A DNA stretch of 64,000 nucleotides from Candidatus Bathyarchaeota archaeon (GTDB lineage: Archaea; Thermoproteota; Bathyarchaeia; 40CM-2-53-6), in the NCBI GenBank assembly GCA_963726255.1, contig CAVSBL010000002.1, forward strand, positions 320,001-384,000. Reading direction: 5' to 3'. The notes beneath the pieces were generated by a model. That model searched no databases and was not told the DNA's origin. It saw nothing but the letters and a program-made list of their open reading frames with translations. This document shows positions 7,973-17,997 of the stretch, one piece after another; positions within the stretch are counted from its first letter, which is position 1; every line of letters starts with the position of its first letter. A program made the translations under genes and the position numbers.

Positions 7973-9625
7973 ATGCCTGAACAAGGTGTACCTGTACTGA
8001 TTCTGAAGGAAGGAACTCAAAGAACTCAAGGTAGGGATGCGCAGCGAAATAACATTCTCGCAGCCAAGGTTGTGGCTGAAACTGTCAGAACAACGCTTGG
8101 GCCTCGCGGAATGGACAAAATGCTAGTCAGCACGATCGGCGATGTGATCATCACAAATGACGGCGCCACGATCATGAAAGAGCTTGATGTCCAGCACCCC
8201 GCGGCGAAAATGCTAGTCGAGGTTGCAAAGACGCAAGACAACGAGGTGGGAGACGGAACCACGACTGCCGTAGTCCTAACCGGCGAACTACTGGACAAGG
8301 CCGAGAAACTTCTCGACAAGGACGTGCATCCCACCGTCGTGGTCGAAGGCTACAAGAAGGCAGCAGAGAAAGCGAAAGATATTCTCAGCGGCCTCAGTGA
8401 GAAGATCGATACGAACGATACGGAAACCCTCAGAAGAATAGCAGTCACCGCCATGGGGACTAAGGGTGTAACCGGCGCGAAGGACTACCTCGCGAAGATT
8501 GCTGTCGACGCAGCCCTTCAGGTCAAGCAAACTACGGACGGCAAGGTGAAGGTTGACGTTGACCTCGTGAAGGTCTTGAAGAAACATGGCAAGAGCCTAG
8601 AAGAAACCGAACTTGTCCGCGGCATCGTGATCGACAAGGAAGTGGCCCACCCACAGATGGCCAAGCGCACGGAGAACGCAAAGATCGCACTGCTCAACGC
8701 CAAACTCGAAATCGAGAAGACTGAGTTCGACGCTAAAATCAACATCAACAACCCAGACCAAATGAAACTCTTTCTCGACGAAGAGGAACGCATGCTGAAA
8801 GAAATGGTTAACAGCGTTGCTGCGAGTGGCGCCAATTTCATATTTTGCGAGAAATCCATCGACGACATCGCACTGCACTTCCTCGCCAAGAGGGGAATCG
8901 CAGCTGTAAAGAACGTCAGCAGCGGGGATATGGAGAAACTCGCCGAAGCCACTGGCGCGAAGATTGTAGCAAGCGTCAAAGACTTGGCCAAAGAATCCCT
9001 CGGTGAAGCTAAGGTCGTCGAGGAAACCAAGATCGGCGACGACAAACTAACTTACGTCAGAGATGCGAAGAACCCGATGGCCGTTACGGTTGTTCTGCGG
9101 GGGGGAGCCGAGCATGTCGTGGACGAGGCTGAGCGCTCGCTCCACGATGCGTTATGCGTAGTGCGGGATGCGGTCGAGGACGCGAAGATCGTGGCTGGCG
9201 GGGGCGCAGCCGAGGCTGAAACTGCGAAGCAACTCCGCGAGTACGCGATGAAGGTCGGTGGGCGCGAGCAGCTGGCCATCGAAGCCTTCGCAGATGCGAT
9301 GGAAAGCGTACCCCTAGCCCTCGCTGAGAACGCCGGCCTAGACCCAATTGACATAATGGTTTCGCTGCGGGCTAAGCACGAGAGCCCAGAAAATCGCTGG
9401 TATGGGGTCGATGTGTTCTCCGGTGAAGTCAAGGACATGCGCAGCCTGAACGTCATAGAGCCGCTCCGCGTGAAACTGCAAGTTGTCAAATCAGCAACCG
9501 AAGCCGCTTCAATGATTCTCCGCATTGATGACGTGGTGGCCTCTAAAGGAGGTAAGGGAGGCGGGCCACCGATGCCCCCTGGCGGCGGTATGCCCGGCGG
9601 AATGCCTGGCGGAGACGAATTCTAA
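7973..9625 (+). CDS. ths: Thermosome subunit (group II chaperonin)
   Basis: [24 protein letters not shown]-rich C-terminal tail. Confidence 0.97.
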   Translation: MPEQGVPVLILKEGTQRTQGRDAQRNNILAAKVVAETVRTTLGPRGMDKMLVSTIGDVIITNDGATIMKELDVQHPAAKMLVEVAKTQDNEVGDGTTTAVVLTGELLDKAEKLLDKDVHPTVVVEGYKKAAEKAKDILSGLSEKIDTNDTETLRRIAVTAMGTKGVTGAKDYLAKIAVDAALQVKQTTDGKVKVDVDLVKVLKKHGKSLEETELVRGIVIDKEVAHPQMAKRTENAKIALLNAKLEIEKTEFDAKININNPDQMKLFLDEEERMLKEMVNSVAASGANFIFCEKSIDDIALHFLAKRGIAAVKNVSSGDMEKLAEATGAKIVASVKDLAKESLGEAKVVEETKIGDDKLTYVRDAKNPMAVTVVLRGGAEHVVDEAERSLHDALCVVRDAVEDAKIVAGGGAAEAETAKQLREYAMKVGGREQLAIEAFADAMESVPLALAENAGLDPIDIMVSLRAKHESPENRWYGVDVFSGEVKDMRSLNVIEPLRVKLQVVKSATEAASMILRIDDVVASKGGKGGGPPMPPGGGMPGGMPGGDEF

Positions 9626-9706
9626 GTTAGCCTCCTTTTCTTCCTCTCAGTCAAACTAAGTAGGACGAACGCCATTCTCCCCTTTTCTTGTTCGGGGAAA
9701 GGCTGC

Positions 9707-10825
9707 TTGTCCCATCTACCAGAACCGGTCATACTTGTAGCTTCAGCCGAGTTCACTTTGAAGAGTTCTCCCGTCAGGCGCACGTTGGAGCAGCGTCTAA
9801 TCGATGACCTGAGGTTCGCACTCTCTCGTGCCGGGTTCAGTGGTTTCCGGATTGAGAAGCACGCAGCCAGGCTGGTAGTATGCGGGTTGACAGGAGCCAC
9901 GGAAGCAAAGGTGGGAGCTCGTTCATGCAGGGGAGTCTTCGGCGTGGCCTACGCCGCCCCCGCAACCTTGCTCTCAGCTTCTGAGGAGGCTATACTGCAA
10001 TCGATTGTGCAGCTCGCGAACGAGAAGTTGGGGTCAGGTCAATCATTCGCAATTCGTGCTCACCGCTCGGAGCCGGGGTCCTTGACTCGACGTGATGTCG
10101 AACTCAAGGGCGGCTCCCACGTACTCGACGCGTTGAAGGGCAAAGGTGTCACGGTCAATCTGAAGCACCCCGACGTCACATTTCATGTTGACCTCGTCGG
10201 CGAAGATGCCTACGTTTACTGTGAGAAATTGCAGGGGCCAGGCGGCTTACCTCTGTCTGCGCAATGGAAGATGCTGGCGGTTCTAGATTCGGGGCCTCTC
10301 ACGCTTCTCGCAGCCTATTCAATGATGAGAAGGGGATGCCTAGTGGAACTATTCATCCCATTATCCAGCATCAACTCTGCCTTCGCTACCGAGAACCAGC
10401 TGAACCTCGCCCGAAACCTACGCCGGCTTGTAACCCGTCCAACATACAGGGTATACACTGTCAACTACGATCAACTGATCGGAGATAGGCTCAAGGGCAA
10501 ACTCGACCAGTTAGCCCTCTCGAAGTTCTTTGTGAGATTGGCTGCCGCCAAATTTGCAAAAGAAAAGAGGTTCAAAGGCATAATTTTCGCAGACGTTGCC
10601 GGTGAAATTGGCCCAGCTGGCGCGCTTAAGGCCGCGGCCCCAGACGTGGCAGTTTTCACTCCGCTAATTGGCTTGACGCGAGGAGACTTGACGGAATTGG
10701 CTAAGTCAGCGGATGTTATCGTAACGGAGTATGTTCAGAATGCGGATTCCAGAGCGTTGAATGCGGACATCGACAATACGCAGGTTGGGCAACCTGAAGT
10801 CCAGGTGGAACAAGTAACACTCTAG
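9707..10825 (+). CDS. THUMP-domain ThiI-like protein with degenerate PP-loop
   Basis: THUMP (FAIRAHR, VNLKHPD), GPGGLP, MMRRG; SGGxDS is missing. Confidence 0.75.
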   Translation: MSHLPEPVILVASAEFTLKSSPVRRTLEQRLIDDLRFALSRAGFSGFRIEKHAARLVVCGLTGATEAKVGARSCRGVFGVAYAAPATLLSASEEAILQSIVQLANEKLGSGQSFAIRAHRSEPGSLTRRDVELKGGSHVLDALKGKGVTVNLKHPDVTFHVDLVGEDAYVYCEKLQGPGGLPLSAQWKMLAVLDSGPLTLLAAYSMMRRGCLVELFIPLSSINSAFATENQLNLARNLRRLVTRPTYRVYTVNYDQLIGDRLKGKLDQLALSKFFVRLAAAKFAKEKRFKGIIFADVAGEIGPAGALKAAAPDVAVFTPLIGLTRGDLTELAKSADVIVTEYVQNADSRALNADIDNTQVGQPEVQVEQVTL

Positions 10826-12039
10826 GAATGGCTTGCTAAACCTTCTACGATATCGCAGGCCAAAGCGGCAGCATCCATTGAGGCAGTTTCCTTGCTAATC
10901 CTGACGGCGTTCGTGACATACTCCGGGGATTCCAAAACTCTCTCCACCGTAGACTCCAGCGTGTCATGGTTCAACATGTTTTGGTCAATCTTTTCGGCCA
11001 CATGAAGTGATACGGCCCGGCGTGCGTTGCCGTATTGCTCCGTGTGATCTGGTATGGGAACAAGTACCATGGGCCGGCCGTAGACGAGGGATTTCATGAT
11101 CGTTCCGTGTCCTGCCCTCGCGATGACTAAGTCGCTAGCTCTGATGAAATCCTCTTGGTTCTCAATCCAATCATAAACCCTCACCCCGCCGACAGATCGC
11201 ATTCCTCTTTCTCCTTCAGCGTCTCCTTTGGAGAGTACGATTTGGTAATTCTTCTGCATTCCCCGGAAGGACCGAAGGAGTATTTGAGCTAAGATTGCGC
11301 GTTCAACTTTGGGCCCGCTAACCGCTGCATAGATGAAAGGCAGTTTCGAGTCAAGGCCAATTTCGCGTCGAACATTATCATTGCGCGCTCTTGAGTTGTT
11401 GTGTTGTTCGATGATGGGGCCGATCAACTTCACCTTGTCGTTGTAGCGTCTAGGGATGGCGAGGTTCCCTATCGAAATCGTGTATGGTGATGGTAGGTCC
11501 GGAATCAGTATGACTTGGCTTCGGCCCCAGACAAGTTGGATGGCGGTTCGAACGAAGAGCCAGCCAACGTTCGCTATGAAGAAGAATAGCCGGTCGAGCG
11601 GCGTTAGAGAGCGGCCTGAGGGGCGCCGGATTATTTCAACTCGGAACTGGTTGAGCATTAGGGCGACTGGGATTCTAAGGAGCCAGGCGGCAACAAGTGA
11701 AGATGCCCGAGAATCTGATAGAACAACATCTGGCCTGAACTGTTTCAAGTATTGAATTTCGCGGACCACCTGCCGAAGGAACATTCTGATGCCGAGCGAA
11801 AAACCACTAGTGGCAGCCGTCAGTTTGAAATCTATTGTACCGTCCGTTCTTACTTTGAAATTGATCGGCACTGCCTCATAGGTCGGCAAATGGTTGTGTT
11901 TCGCATAATCGAGTCCGTCAAGGTACGTGGAAAATACGGTTTCGACTCCCCGGCGATTCAGCTCAGTGGCGATCGGGTGGACTCGGGTGATGTGGCCCAA
12001 TCCTATTCCGCAAGGAGCCAGGTAAACACGCAATTTCAT
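10822..12039 (-). CDS. GT-B glycosyltransferase, GT28/MJ1255-like
   Basis: GIGLGHITR, ARAGHGT, HTEQYGNA. Confidence 0.85.
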   Translation of the reverse strand: MKLRVYLAPCGIGLGHITRVHPIATELNRRGVETVFSTYLDGLDYAKHNHLPTYEAVPINFKVRTDGTIDFKLTAATSGFSLGIRMFLRQVVREIQYLKQFRPDVVLSDSRASSLVAAWLLRIPVALMLNQFRVEIIRRPSGRSLTPLDRLFFFIANVGWLFVRTAIQLVWGRSQVILIPDLPSPYTISIGNLAIPRRYNDKVKLIGPIIEQHNNSRARNDNVRREIGLDSKLPFIYAAVSGPKVERAILAQILLRSFRGMQKNYQIVLSKGDAEGERGMRSVGGVRVYDWIENQEDFIRASDLVIARAGHGTIMKSLVYGRPMVLVPIPDHTEQYGNARRAVSLHVAEKIDQNMLNHDTLESTVERVLESPEYVTNAVRISKETASMDAAALACDIVEGLASHS

Positions 12040-12689
12040 GTCCCACCGACGATTTTTCTCCTAACCTCGCCCGCAGGTTCCACTTCTTCGAAGATCTCGC
12101 CCTCAAAGACTTTCACGTCAACCCCATCAAGAAGCCAGGAGTCGGGGGGCAGTCCAGCTTTGAGGCAACAATTCACTAGAAACTCCGTCGAGTCCCACTT
12201 CCACTCGGTCGCCACCTGCGGCAGGAGCAGGCCTGAGTTGCCGCCACTGGCGACGATGAGGCCATGCCGGCCGATTTGAATTAGTTCCGGAAGTGATTTT
12301 CGGTCATGTACTTTCAGCACTTGGGGTTCAGTGAGGGCGGTGAGTTCCACGACAATGGAGCGCTTCAATTCCTCCGAGGAGACTGGAGGAAATCTAGGGT
12401 CCTCGGTCGCCGCATAAATTGCCGCCTTGATAACTGCTTCCACAAGAGGCTGTTCTGGGTAGGGGAAGCCAATGCAACCCCGCAACTCATTAGCGGGCTT
12501 CGTAACGTTCAGCGTTACGAAAACGCCGGATTTCCTAAACAGCCTTTCCGGCGCGTCTTGGGGCGGTTTGATTATCTGGTTAGTCTCTAGGTACTTGGTT
12601 ATGGCCAAGCGTGCGAGTTGAACTAGCATTCTACCTTCTTCGAGGCTCAGCTTGTTCTGTGCTAGCGGAGCCGTTTCTCTTCGCGTCAA
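12036..12689 (-). CDS. AMMECR1-domain protein (TIGR00296)
   Basis: GVFVT, LRGCIG, DPRF, GLLLPQVA, CLKAG. Confidence 0.92.
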   Translation of the reverse strand: MTRRETAPLAQNKLSLEEGRMLVQLARLAITKYLETNQIIKPPQDAPERLFRKSGVFVTLNVTKPANELRGCIGFPYPEQPLVEAVIKAAIYAATEDPRFPPVSSEELKRSIVVELTALTEPQVLKVHDRKSLPELIQIGRHGLIVASGGNSGLLLPQVATEWKWDSTEFLVNCCLKAGLPPDSWLLDGVDVKVFEGEIFEEVEPAGEVRRKIVGGT

Positions 12690-13158
12690 GAATTTTCCTC
12701 GCGCTTCCCAGGGTTTGTTCTATCTTTTTCCAGTGACTTCCTTGCCAGTAAACTTTGGCGCACTTGGGATTAGTGCAGGCCCAAAAACTCTGGTACACTT
12801 TAAAAGTTGCTGGAGGCACCAACGCTTCTGCTTCTTCCTTTGAAGCTTCCCTCAGCGTAAAGCCACACAGGGGGCATCTTGAGATCGTGGTGTCGATTTC
12901 GAGTCTTAAATTGTAACGTTGTGCGAGGTTGGCCAATCGCTCTGGCTCTGTGCGCCCCTGTACTAGCGAGGTCTCAATGCCCTTCACGGCTGCGGTCCTG
13001 TAGAGTTCTTCGTCAGAAGTCAGCAAGATGAGAGAGTCACGTTTGGCGATTGAGAGCAAATCCTTGTCCGAACTGTCGTTTAGGTAGACCGCTTCGTATC
13101 CAAGCATACGAAGCCATCTTGCTAGCTTTCCCAGCATTCCGTCTAGGAGGAATCCCAT
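12631..13158 (-). CDS. Mut7-C/PIN-like RNase domain protein
   Basis: FLLDGMLGKLARWLRMLG, RCPLC, C..C.KVYWQGSH. Confidence 0.9.
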   Translation of the reverse strand: MGFLLDGMLGKLARWLRMLGYEAVYLNDSSDKDLLSIAKRDSLILLTSDEELYRTAAVKGIETSLVQGRTEPERLANLAQRYNLRLEIDTTISRCPLCGFTLREASKEEAEALVPPATFKVYQSFWACTNPKCAKVYWQGSHWKKIEQTLGSARKILDAKRNGSASTEQAEPRRR

Positions 13159-14483
13159 GCCCTATCGCTCTTGGTAACCTTGCCCACGGGGTTCCCTACA
13201 ATCCTTCCCCTCTCAGCAACCAGCGTCCCGTTCACAATCGTGTATGCTGCCGTCCCAAGGCATTTGTAGCCTTTGAACGGCGAGTATCTCGCTTTGCTTT
13301 CAAAATTCTCCGGGGAAACACGTGTCCTAGCCTTCGGGTCGACCAGCACTAAATCTGCGTCATAGCCTTCCTTGAGCTCGCCCTTCCTTGGCAGACGAAA
13401 GAGCTTTGCCGGCAAGGTTGCCGTTGCTTCTACGAGTCTTCGCAACGTGAGTTTTCCCCGCGAGACCTGCGTGAACATTAATGGGAGGGATGTTTCCAGG
13501 CCTGGTACTCCTGAGGCTGCGTCCCAGGCGTTTTCTTTTGTTTTCTCTTCAAGCGTGTGCGGTGCGTGGTCACTGGCGAGTATGTCCACTTTCCCTTTGG
13601 CAAAAAGCCTCCACAGGCTATTCCTGTTTGTCTCGTTTCTAATCGGAGGGACACAAATCGCTAGGGTCTTCTGTTTTCGAAAGACAGTTTGATTCAGGAG
13701 TAGGTGGTGGGCGGAGGCTTCGCATGTTGCATTCGGCGCCGTTCGGACGAGGTTTACGGCTTCCGGAGTCGTGATATGGCAGATGTGAAGTCGTACTCCA
13801 AGTCTGTTGCCGAGGCCTAGGATCCTGCGGACTGCATATACTTCGATTTGTGGTGTATGTGCTTTGAGAAAGTCTCCGATTGAAGTCTTCCCTTGGTGTA
13901 TGCTCTCCTGCTGGGATTTTCTGATGCGATCCCCGTCTTCGGCGTGGATGGTGACTATAGCGTCAGCTTGTTTTGCTGCTTGAAGAGAGTTCATCAAATG
14001 CGTTTGGTCACTTGAATCGAACGTTTCGAGGGATTTGTTTAGGTATAGTTTGAACGCGATTGCGCCTTGTTCAGCCATTAGTTTCATTTCGTTCGGATCC
14101 TCAACCAGCGCGCCTTGGAAGGCTACGTTCGAGTACATCCTCCCTTCCGCCTTCGCCATCTTATCGGCCAAATTGACGTGGCTTAATGTGGGAGGGCGGG
14201 AATTGGGCATGTCAAAGACTGTCGTGAACCCTCCGACGGCAGCGGCGCGAGTTCCCGTCTCGAAAGTCTCCTTGTAGGATAGTTCCAAATCACGAAGGTG
14301 GACGTGCGCGTCAATCATCCCCGGGAGGGCGATTAAACGGCTGGCGTCGATTCTTTGGTCTGGAGTTGAAGTTGGTCGAATTTTAGATATGCTTTTGATT
14401 ACGCCATCTTCGAGAAATATGTGAGCGTTAGTCAGTTCTTCCCCTTTTAGTATCTGCGCTGATTCTATGAGTAATGATGCCAT
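13143..14483 (-). CDS. pyrC: Dihydroorotase
   Basis: DAHVHLR, DMPNS, HAED, HICH, SDHAPH. Confidence 0.88.
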   Translation of the reverse strand: MASLLIESAQILKGEELTNAHIFLEDGVIKSISKIRPTSTPDQRIDASRLIALPGMIDAHVHLRDLELSYKETFETGTRAAAVGGFTTVFDMPNSRPPTLSHVNLADKMAKAEGRMYSNVAFQGALVEDPNEMKLMAEQGAIAFKLYLNKSLETFDSSDQTHLMNSLQAAKQADAIVTIHAEDGDRIRKSQQESIHQGKTSIGDFLKAHTPQIEVYAVRRILGLGNRLGVRLHICHITTPEAVNLVRTAPNATCEASAHHLLLNQTVFRKQKTLAICVPPIRNETNRNSLWRLFAKGKVDILASDHAPHTLEEKTKENAWDAASGVPGLETSLPLMFTQVSRGKLTLRRLVEATATLPAKLFRLPRKGELKEGYDADLVLVDPKARTRVSPENFESKARYSPFKGYKCLGTAAYTIVNGTLVAERGRIVGNPVGKVTKSDRAWDSS

Positions 14484-14538
14484 GGCCCCGGTTGCACCGC
14501 CTGCTGACTATCCACGTGTGTCAGCGGCTTAAGGTTGG

Positions 14539-15117
14539 TTATGCTTCTTCAGGTTCTTCCGTTTCGGATGCGCAGTCATCGCAAAGGAATTGTCCGTCGT
14601 GTGATTTCAACTCGTCAGCCCAGGAGCCGCACCTGTCACAGTAGCCGGAGAGCGGTGCGGCCTCCTTGATCTTCGGGACCGGGGCTATCTGAGATTTCTC
14701 AGCCATAACGTCAATCAAAGCCGGGGTTATGTCTACGATATCGTTGCTGGTTATGATGCCCTTGACCTTAGCGCCTTGAACAACGACTAGTCGCCTAACT
14801 TTCATCTCCCGCATTCTATTCGCAGCATCCGTCACGTTAGAGGAAGGGTCGATTGTTGCGATAGGTTTAGTCATGCATTTCTCGGCCGTCGCTTTGCTCG
14901 GAAGCAAATCAAACGCGGCGACTCTTCTCACAACATCCCGCTCGGTCATAAGGCCCAGTGGTTTGCCCGACTTGTCTACGACGACAACGCAGCCGATTTC
15001 GTTCTTCTTCATCAGCTTAGTGGCCGCGAGCACTGTGTCCGTTTCTCGAATCGTGACCACGGGACTTGACATAACGTCCTCAACTTTGACGTCGGGCGTA
15101 TCTGACCTTGTTCCCAA
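14539..15117 (-). CDS. CBS-pair protein with C-terminal zinc ribbon
   Basis: Two CBS repeats; CDRC...CDDC. Confidence 0.88.
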   Translation of the reverse strand: MGTRSDTPDVKVEDVMSSPVVTIRETDTVLAATKLMKKNEIGCVVVVDKSGKPLGLMTERDVVRRVAAFDLLPSKATAEKCMTKPIATIDPSSNVTDAANRMREMKVRRLVVVQGAKVKGIITSNDIVDITPALIDVMAEKSQIAPVPKIKEAAPLSGYCDRCGSWADELKSHDGQFLCDDCASETEEPEEA

Positions 15118-15263
15118 TCGTTATCCCAACAGGACTGGTTTTTCGACGCCTTAAGGGCTTTGCTGGACATTTCCGGGAGGGGTTTGGTAAGGGCAGGGAA
15201 GGGTTATCTAGCGACTGTAGGTATGATGCGAGGAATCCCCAGCCGGTTAGGAATGGAAGCAAG

Positions 15264-15599
15264 TTGAGCACCGCTCAATCTCAGGTTCAAACTCAGTCCA
15301 AGAGACGAATCAAGCCAACCTCAGTCGTCTACTGGCTTCGTGTCGCCTTAGCGGTTGTAGCCGGGTTTGCGAACCAATTCTTACACATCAACCAAGCCAA
15401 TTTTGGTGACTTCGCAATTTTCGTAGGCATCGGCCTAGGACTAATCATTTACGCGTTTTCCATCTTCATTGTTCAACGTGTCTTGCATTACGGCGAGGCT
15501 GAACTGAAAGGAAAGAACCGGTACATCACTCTCGGTGGTGGCACCTTCATAATTCTGTGGATCGTAGTATTGGTGTTTCTCAACACCATCTCGCCGTAA
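15264..15599 (+). CDS. EMC6/Rab5ip-like 3-TM membrane protein
   Basis: YWLRVALAVVAG...GGGTFIILW..FLNT; TTG start at 15264 assumed. Confidence 0.65.
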   Translation: MSTAQSQVQTQSKRRIKPTSVVYWLRVALAVVAGFANQFLHINQANFGDFAIFVGIGLGLIIYAFSIFIVQRVLHYGEAELKGKNRYITLGGGTFIILWIVVLVFLNTISP

Positions 15600-15971
15600 C
15601 TACTTTGCTACTGCCTTTTGCGTGTCAGGGGGCGCGCGAGGGGGCCCCTCCCGTTCGAGTTTCCTCAAGTAGCTCTCCACGGCCTCAAAGTAACCCCTGT
15701 CATAGTCGGAATGCAGTTCGTTCGTTCCGTGTTGTGCGAACTCCTTTCTCAGCGTCCTCAGTTTGGTGGGGGTCATTTCAATTTTCGACAGGTACAGGTA
15801 CTTGTCATCAGTAGACTTGGCGGTGAGCAGCAGCCCTTCGAGGGCTTTTAGGTAGCCTTTCGCCAGTTCGGTTGCGGGGATGCTAGTGCGTATGCTATCA
15901 AGTTCTTTTTCTGCGTCTGAATTTCGTCTCTGGATGATGGCTTGAAAGAATTTTTCAGTGTCGATGTTTAA
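15600..15971 (-). CDS. Hypothetical protein downstream of radA, absent from the ORF track (no canonical start)
   Basis: Open frame LNIDTEKFFQAIIQRRNSDAEKELD...KGYLKALEG...LHSDYDRGYFEAVESYLRKL...* fills the gap exactly. Confidence 0.7.
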   Translation of the reverse strand, partial: LNIDTEKFFQAIIQRRNSDAEKELDSIRTSIPATELAKGYLKALEGLLLTAKSTDDKYLYLSKIEMTPTKLRTLRKEFAQHGTNELHSDYDRGYFEAVESYLRKLEREGPPRAPPDTQKAVAK

Positions 15972-15987
15972 GCTGGCGCGCGGTTTC

Positions 15988-17070
15988 TCATTTTCGGCGT
16001 TTGACTTCGTCTTCTTCGGTGATATCTTTGATACCTTCCTCAGTTATCTTGAATATTCGTTCTCCTTCCGGTAGGTAGGGGCTTGAGACGAGCCTGCAAA
16101 TTCGGACTGGGCCACTGGACGTCCGTCTCAAGAATATCCTGGTATGGGTAGTGTGGGATACTATATGTCCTCCGACTGCCTCCACAGCCATAGCGAAAAA
16201 CTGGTCGGGTCTCGACATGACCTGGTTCGTGACAACTGCGCATGCATTGAAAGCGCGGGAAAGCCTAACGAGCCGGTGCAAGTGGCTATTGAGCTTCTGC
16301 TGCCGCTCCGCGAGCATCTCTCGTCCGAGGTATTCGCTTCGGAAATGCGCGGTCAACGAATCCACAATTATCAACTTCACGTTATTTTCCTGAATGACCT
16401 TGTCAGCTTTGTCGAGTACGAGAATCTGATGATCAGAATTGAAGGCTTCTGAGTAGATGATTCTCTTCGCCGTTTCGATCGGGTCTAGTCCCATAGCCTT
16501 TGCCATGCGGACTATCCATTCTGGGCGGAAGGTGTTCTCCGTATCAATGTATAGGGCTGAACCGTTGAGGCCTCCTTTCTCTTCAGGGAGTTGTACGTTG
16601 ACTGCAAGCTGATGGCAGAGTATGCTCTTACCGACTCCATATTCCCCGTAGAATTCAGTTATCGTTTGGGTTTCAAGGCCTCCGCCCAGCAGTTCATCAA
16701 CCTGTTTGCTCATGGTCGAAAGTCGCCGAACGTTCTGCCTCATCTTCATGAGCTCGTCAGCTCGAATGAAACTGAGCGCCAAGCTGTCCCGTGCTTCAGC
16801 GATTACTTTGGCGGCCTGTTTTTCACCAACGCCAGCTACGGTCAGTTCTTTGATGGTGGCCGTGGCCAGGGACTCAACGGTCTGGTAACCCATCTCTGTA
16901 AGTTTTTCAGCAGTTGCGGGGCCGACACCTGGAATATCTTCTATGAACTCGTACTTCTTCTGCGGTTTCTCAGCCGCCGCCTCGACTTTTTCTTCTGCCG
17001 CTTCCTCTGCCTCTTCTTCAGGTTGCTTGGCTTTTTCTTTCAAGACTTCGGCCGTTGCCAACAATAACAC
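15988..17070 (-). CDS. radA: DNA repair and recombination protein RadA
   Basis: HhH IPGVGPATA, Walker A GEYGVGKS, YIDTENTFRPE, LIIVDS. Confidence 0.97.
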   Translation of the reverse strand: MLLLATAEVLKEKAKQPEEEAEEAAEEKVEAAAEKPQKKYEFIEDIPGVGPATAEKLTEMGYQTVESLATATIKELTVAGVGEKQAAKVIAEARDSLALSFIRADELMKMRQNVRRLSTMSKQVDELLGGGLETQTITEFYGEYGVGKSILCHQLAVNVQLPEEKGGLNGSALYIDTENTFRPEWIVRMAKAMGLDPIETAKRIIYSEAFNSDHQILVLDKADKVIQENNVKLIIVDSLTAHFRSEYLGREMLAERQQKLNSHLHRLVRLSRAFNACAVVTNQVMSRPDQFFAMAVEAVGGHIVSHTTHTRIFLRRTSSGPVRICRLVSSPYLPEGERIFKITEEGIKDITEEDEVKRRK

Positions 17071-17226
17071 CCTACTTATTTCAACATTGGCTACGCTTTC
17101 TACAGGCCTCGTTCGATATAACGGAGAGAGATGAGTGAATGAATTACAATCATCGGCTCTTCGGCGTCAGTTTGAAGCATTCAATTATGTCGAGAGCTGA
17201 AGCAATGATTCTGTAGGAGCTTCAAC

Positions 17227-17997
17227 ATGGGACTCTTGGTAAGAATTGACCCTGAGCTTTCTGAGGCAGCAGAGATCCTTGAGAAAGCTTTCCGGGCAAG
17301 AAGTTTCGTGCTCGTAATCGGCAAGTGCAGAGTCGATTACGAGGGGCGCGCGTCTTCGACGTTAGAATGGGGTGAGAGAGTGACAATTGTGAAACAAGAC
17401 GGGTCTGTATTGGTCCACAGGCCAACAGAATATGAACCCGTCAACTGGCAGCCCCCAAAATGCGTTGTCAGCGTCAAGCTTGCCGACTCTGGGTTAGTTG
17501 TTAGTGCGTCACGTTCTCAGCCAAGAGAAAACGTTTCCATAGAATTCCAAGAAATTCACCTGACCGCAACAGGAACGCTCGTCGATACCGGCGAATTCGC
17601 TCTGCACGTGACTGAGGAACAGATGAAGCAGGCGATCCTCACCGCGCCCGACCTAGTAGAAAATGGGCTAAAACCACTTCAGCAGGAGAAAAATCTCGGC
17701 GTAGCTGGCTTCACGGATATCTTCGCAGAAGACAAGAATGGTGCACTCGTTGTTGTAGAAATCAAGAGGAATGCAGCCTCAAAGGATGCGGTTTTGCAAC
17801 TTGAACGGTACCTCGACACCCTCAGGAAGAAGGTTAACAGGCCTCTCAGGGGCATTGTAGTGGCTCCTGAGCTTCGCAAGACCGCGCAACCGCTCCTAGA
17901 TAGCCTGAAGCTGGAGTATGTCAGGCTCGCACCAGAGAAATGCTTCAGCGTGCTGAAGAGCCACAGAGACATGAAACTAAGCCACTTCATGACGTGA
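17227..17997 (+). CDS. nucS: Mismatch-specific endonuclease NucS/EndoMS
   Basis: YEGRASS, KQDGSVLVH, PVNWQPP, D..VVVEIKR, QLERY. Confidence 0.93.
   Translation: MGLLVRIDPELSEAAEILEKAFRARSFVLVIGKCRVDYEGRASSTLEWGERVTIVKQDGSVLVHRPTEYEPVNWQPPKCVVSVKLADSGLVVSASRSQPRENVSIEFQEIHLTATGTLVDTGEFALHVTEEQMKQAILTAPDLVENGLKPLQQEKNLGVAGFTDIFAEDKNGALVVVEIKRNAASKDAVLQLERYLDTLRKKVNRPLRGIVVAPELRKTAQPLLDSLKLEYVRLAPEKCFSVLKSHRDMKLSHFMT

Noticed and set aside
9570-9612. GGC/ATG-rich repeats at the thermosome 3' end
   Set aside because: Ordinary GGM chaperonin tail
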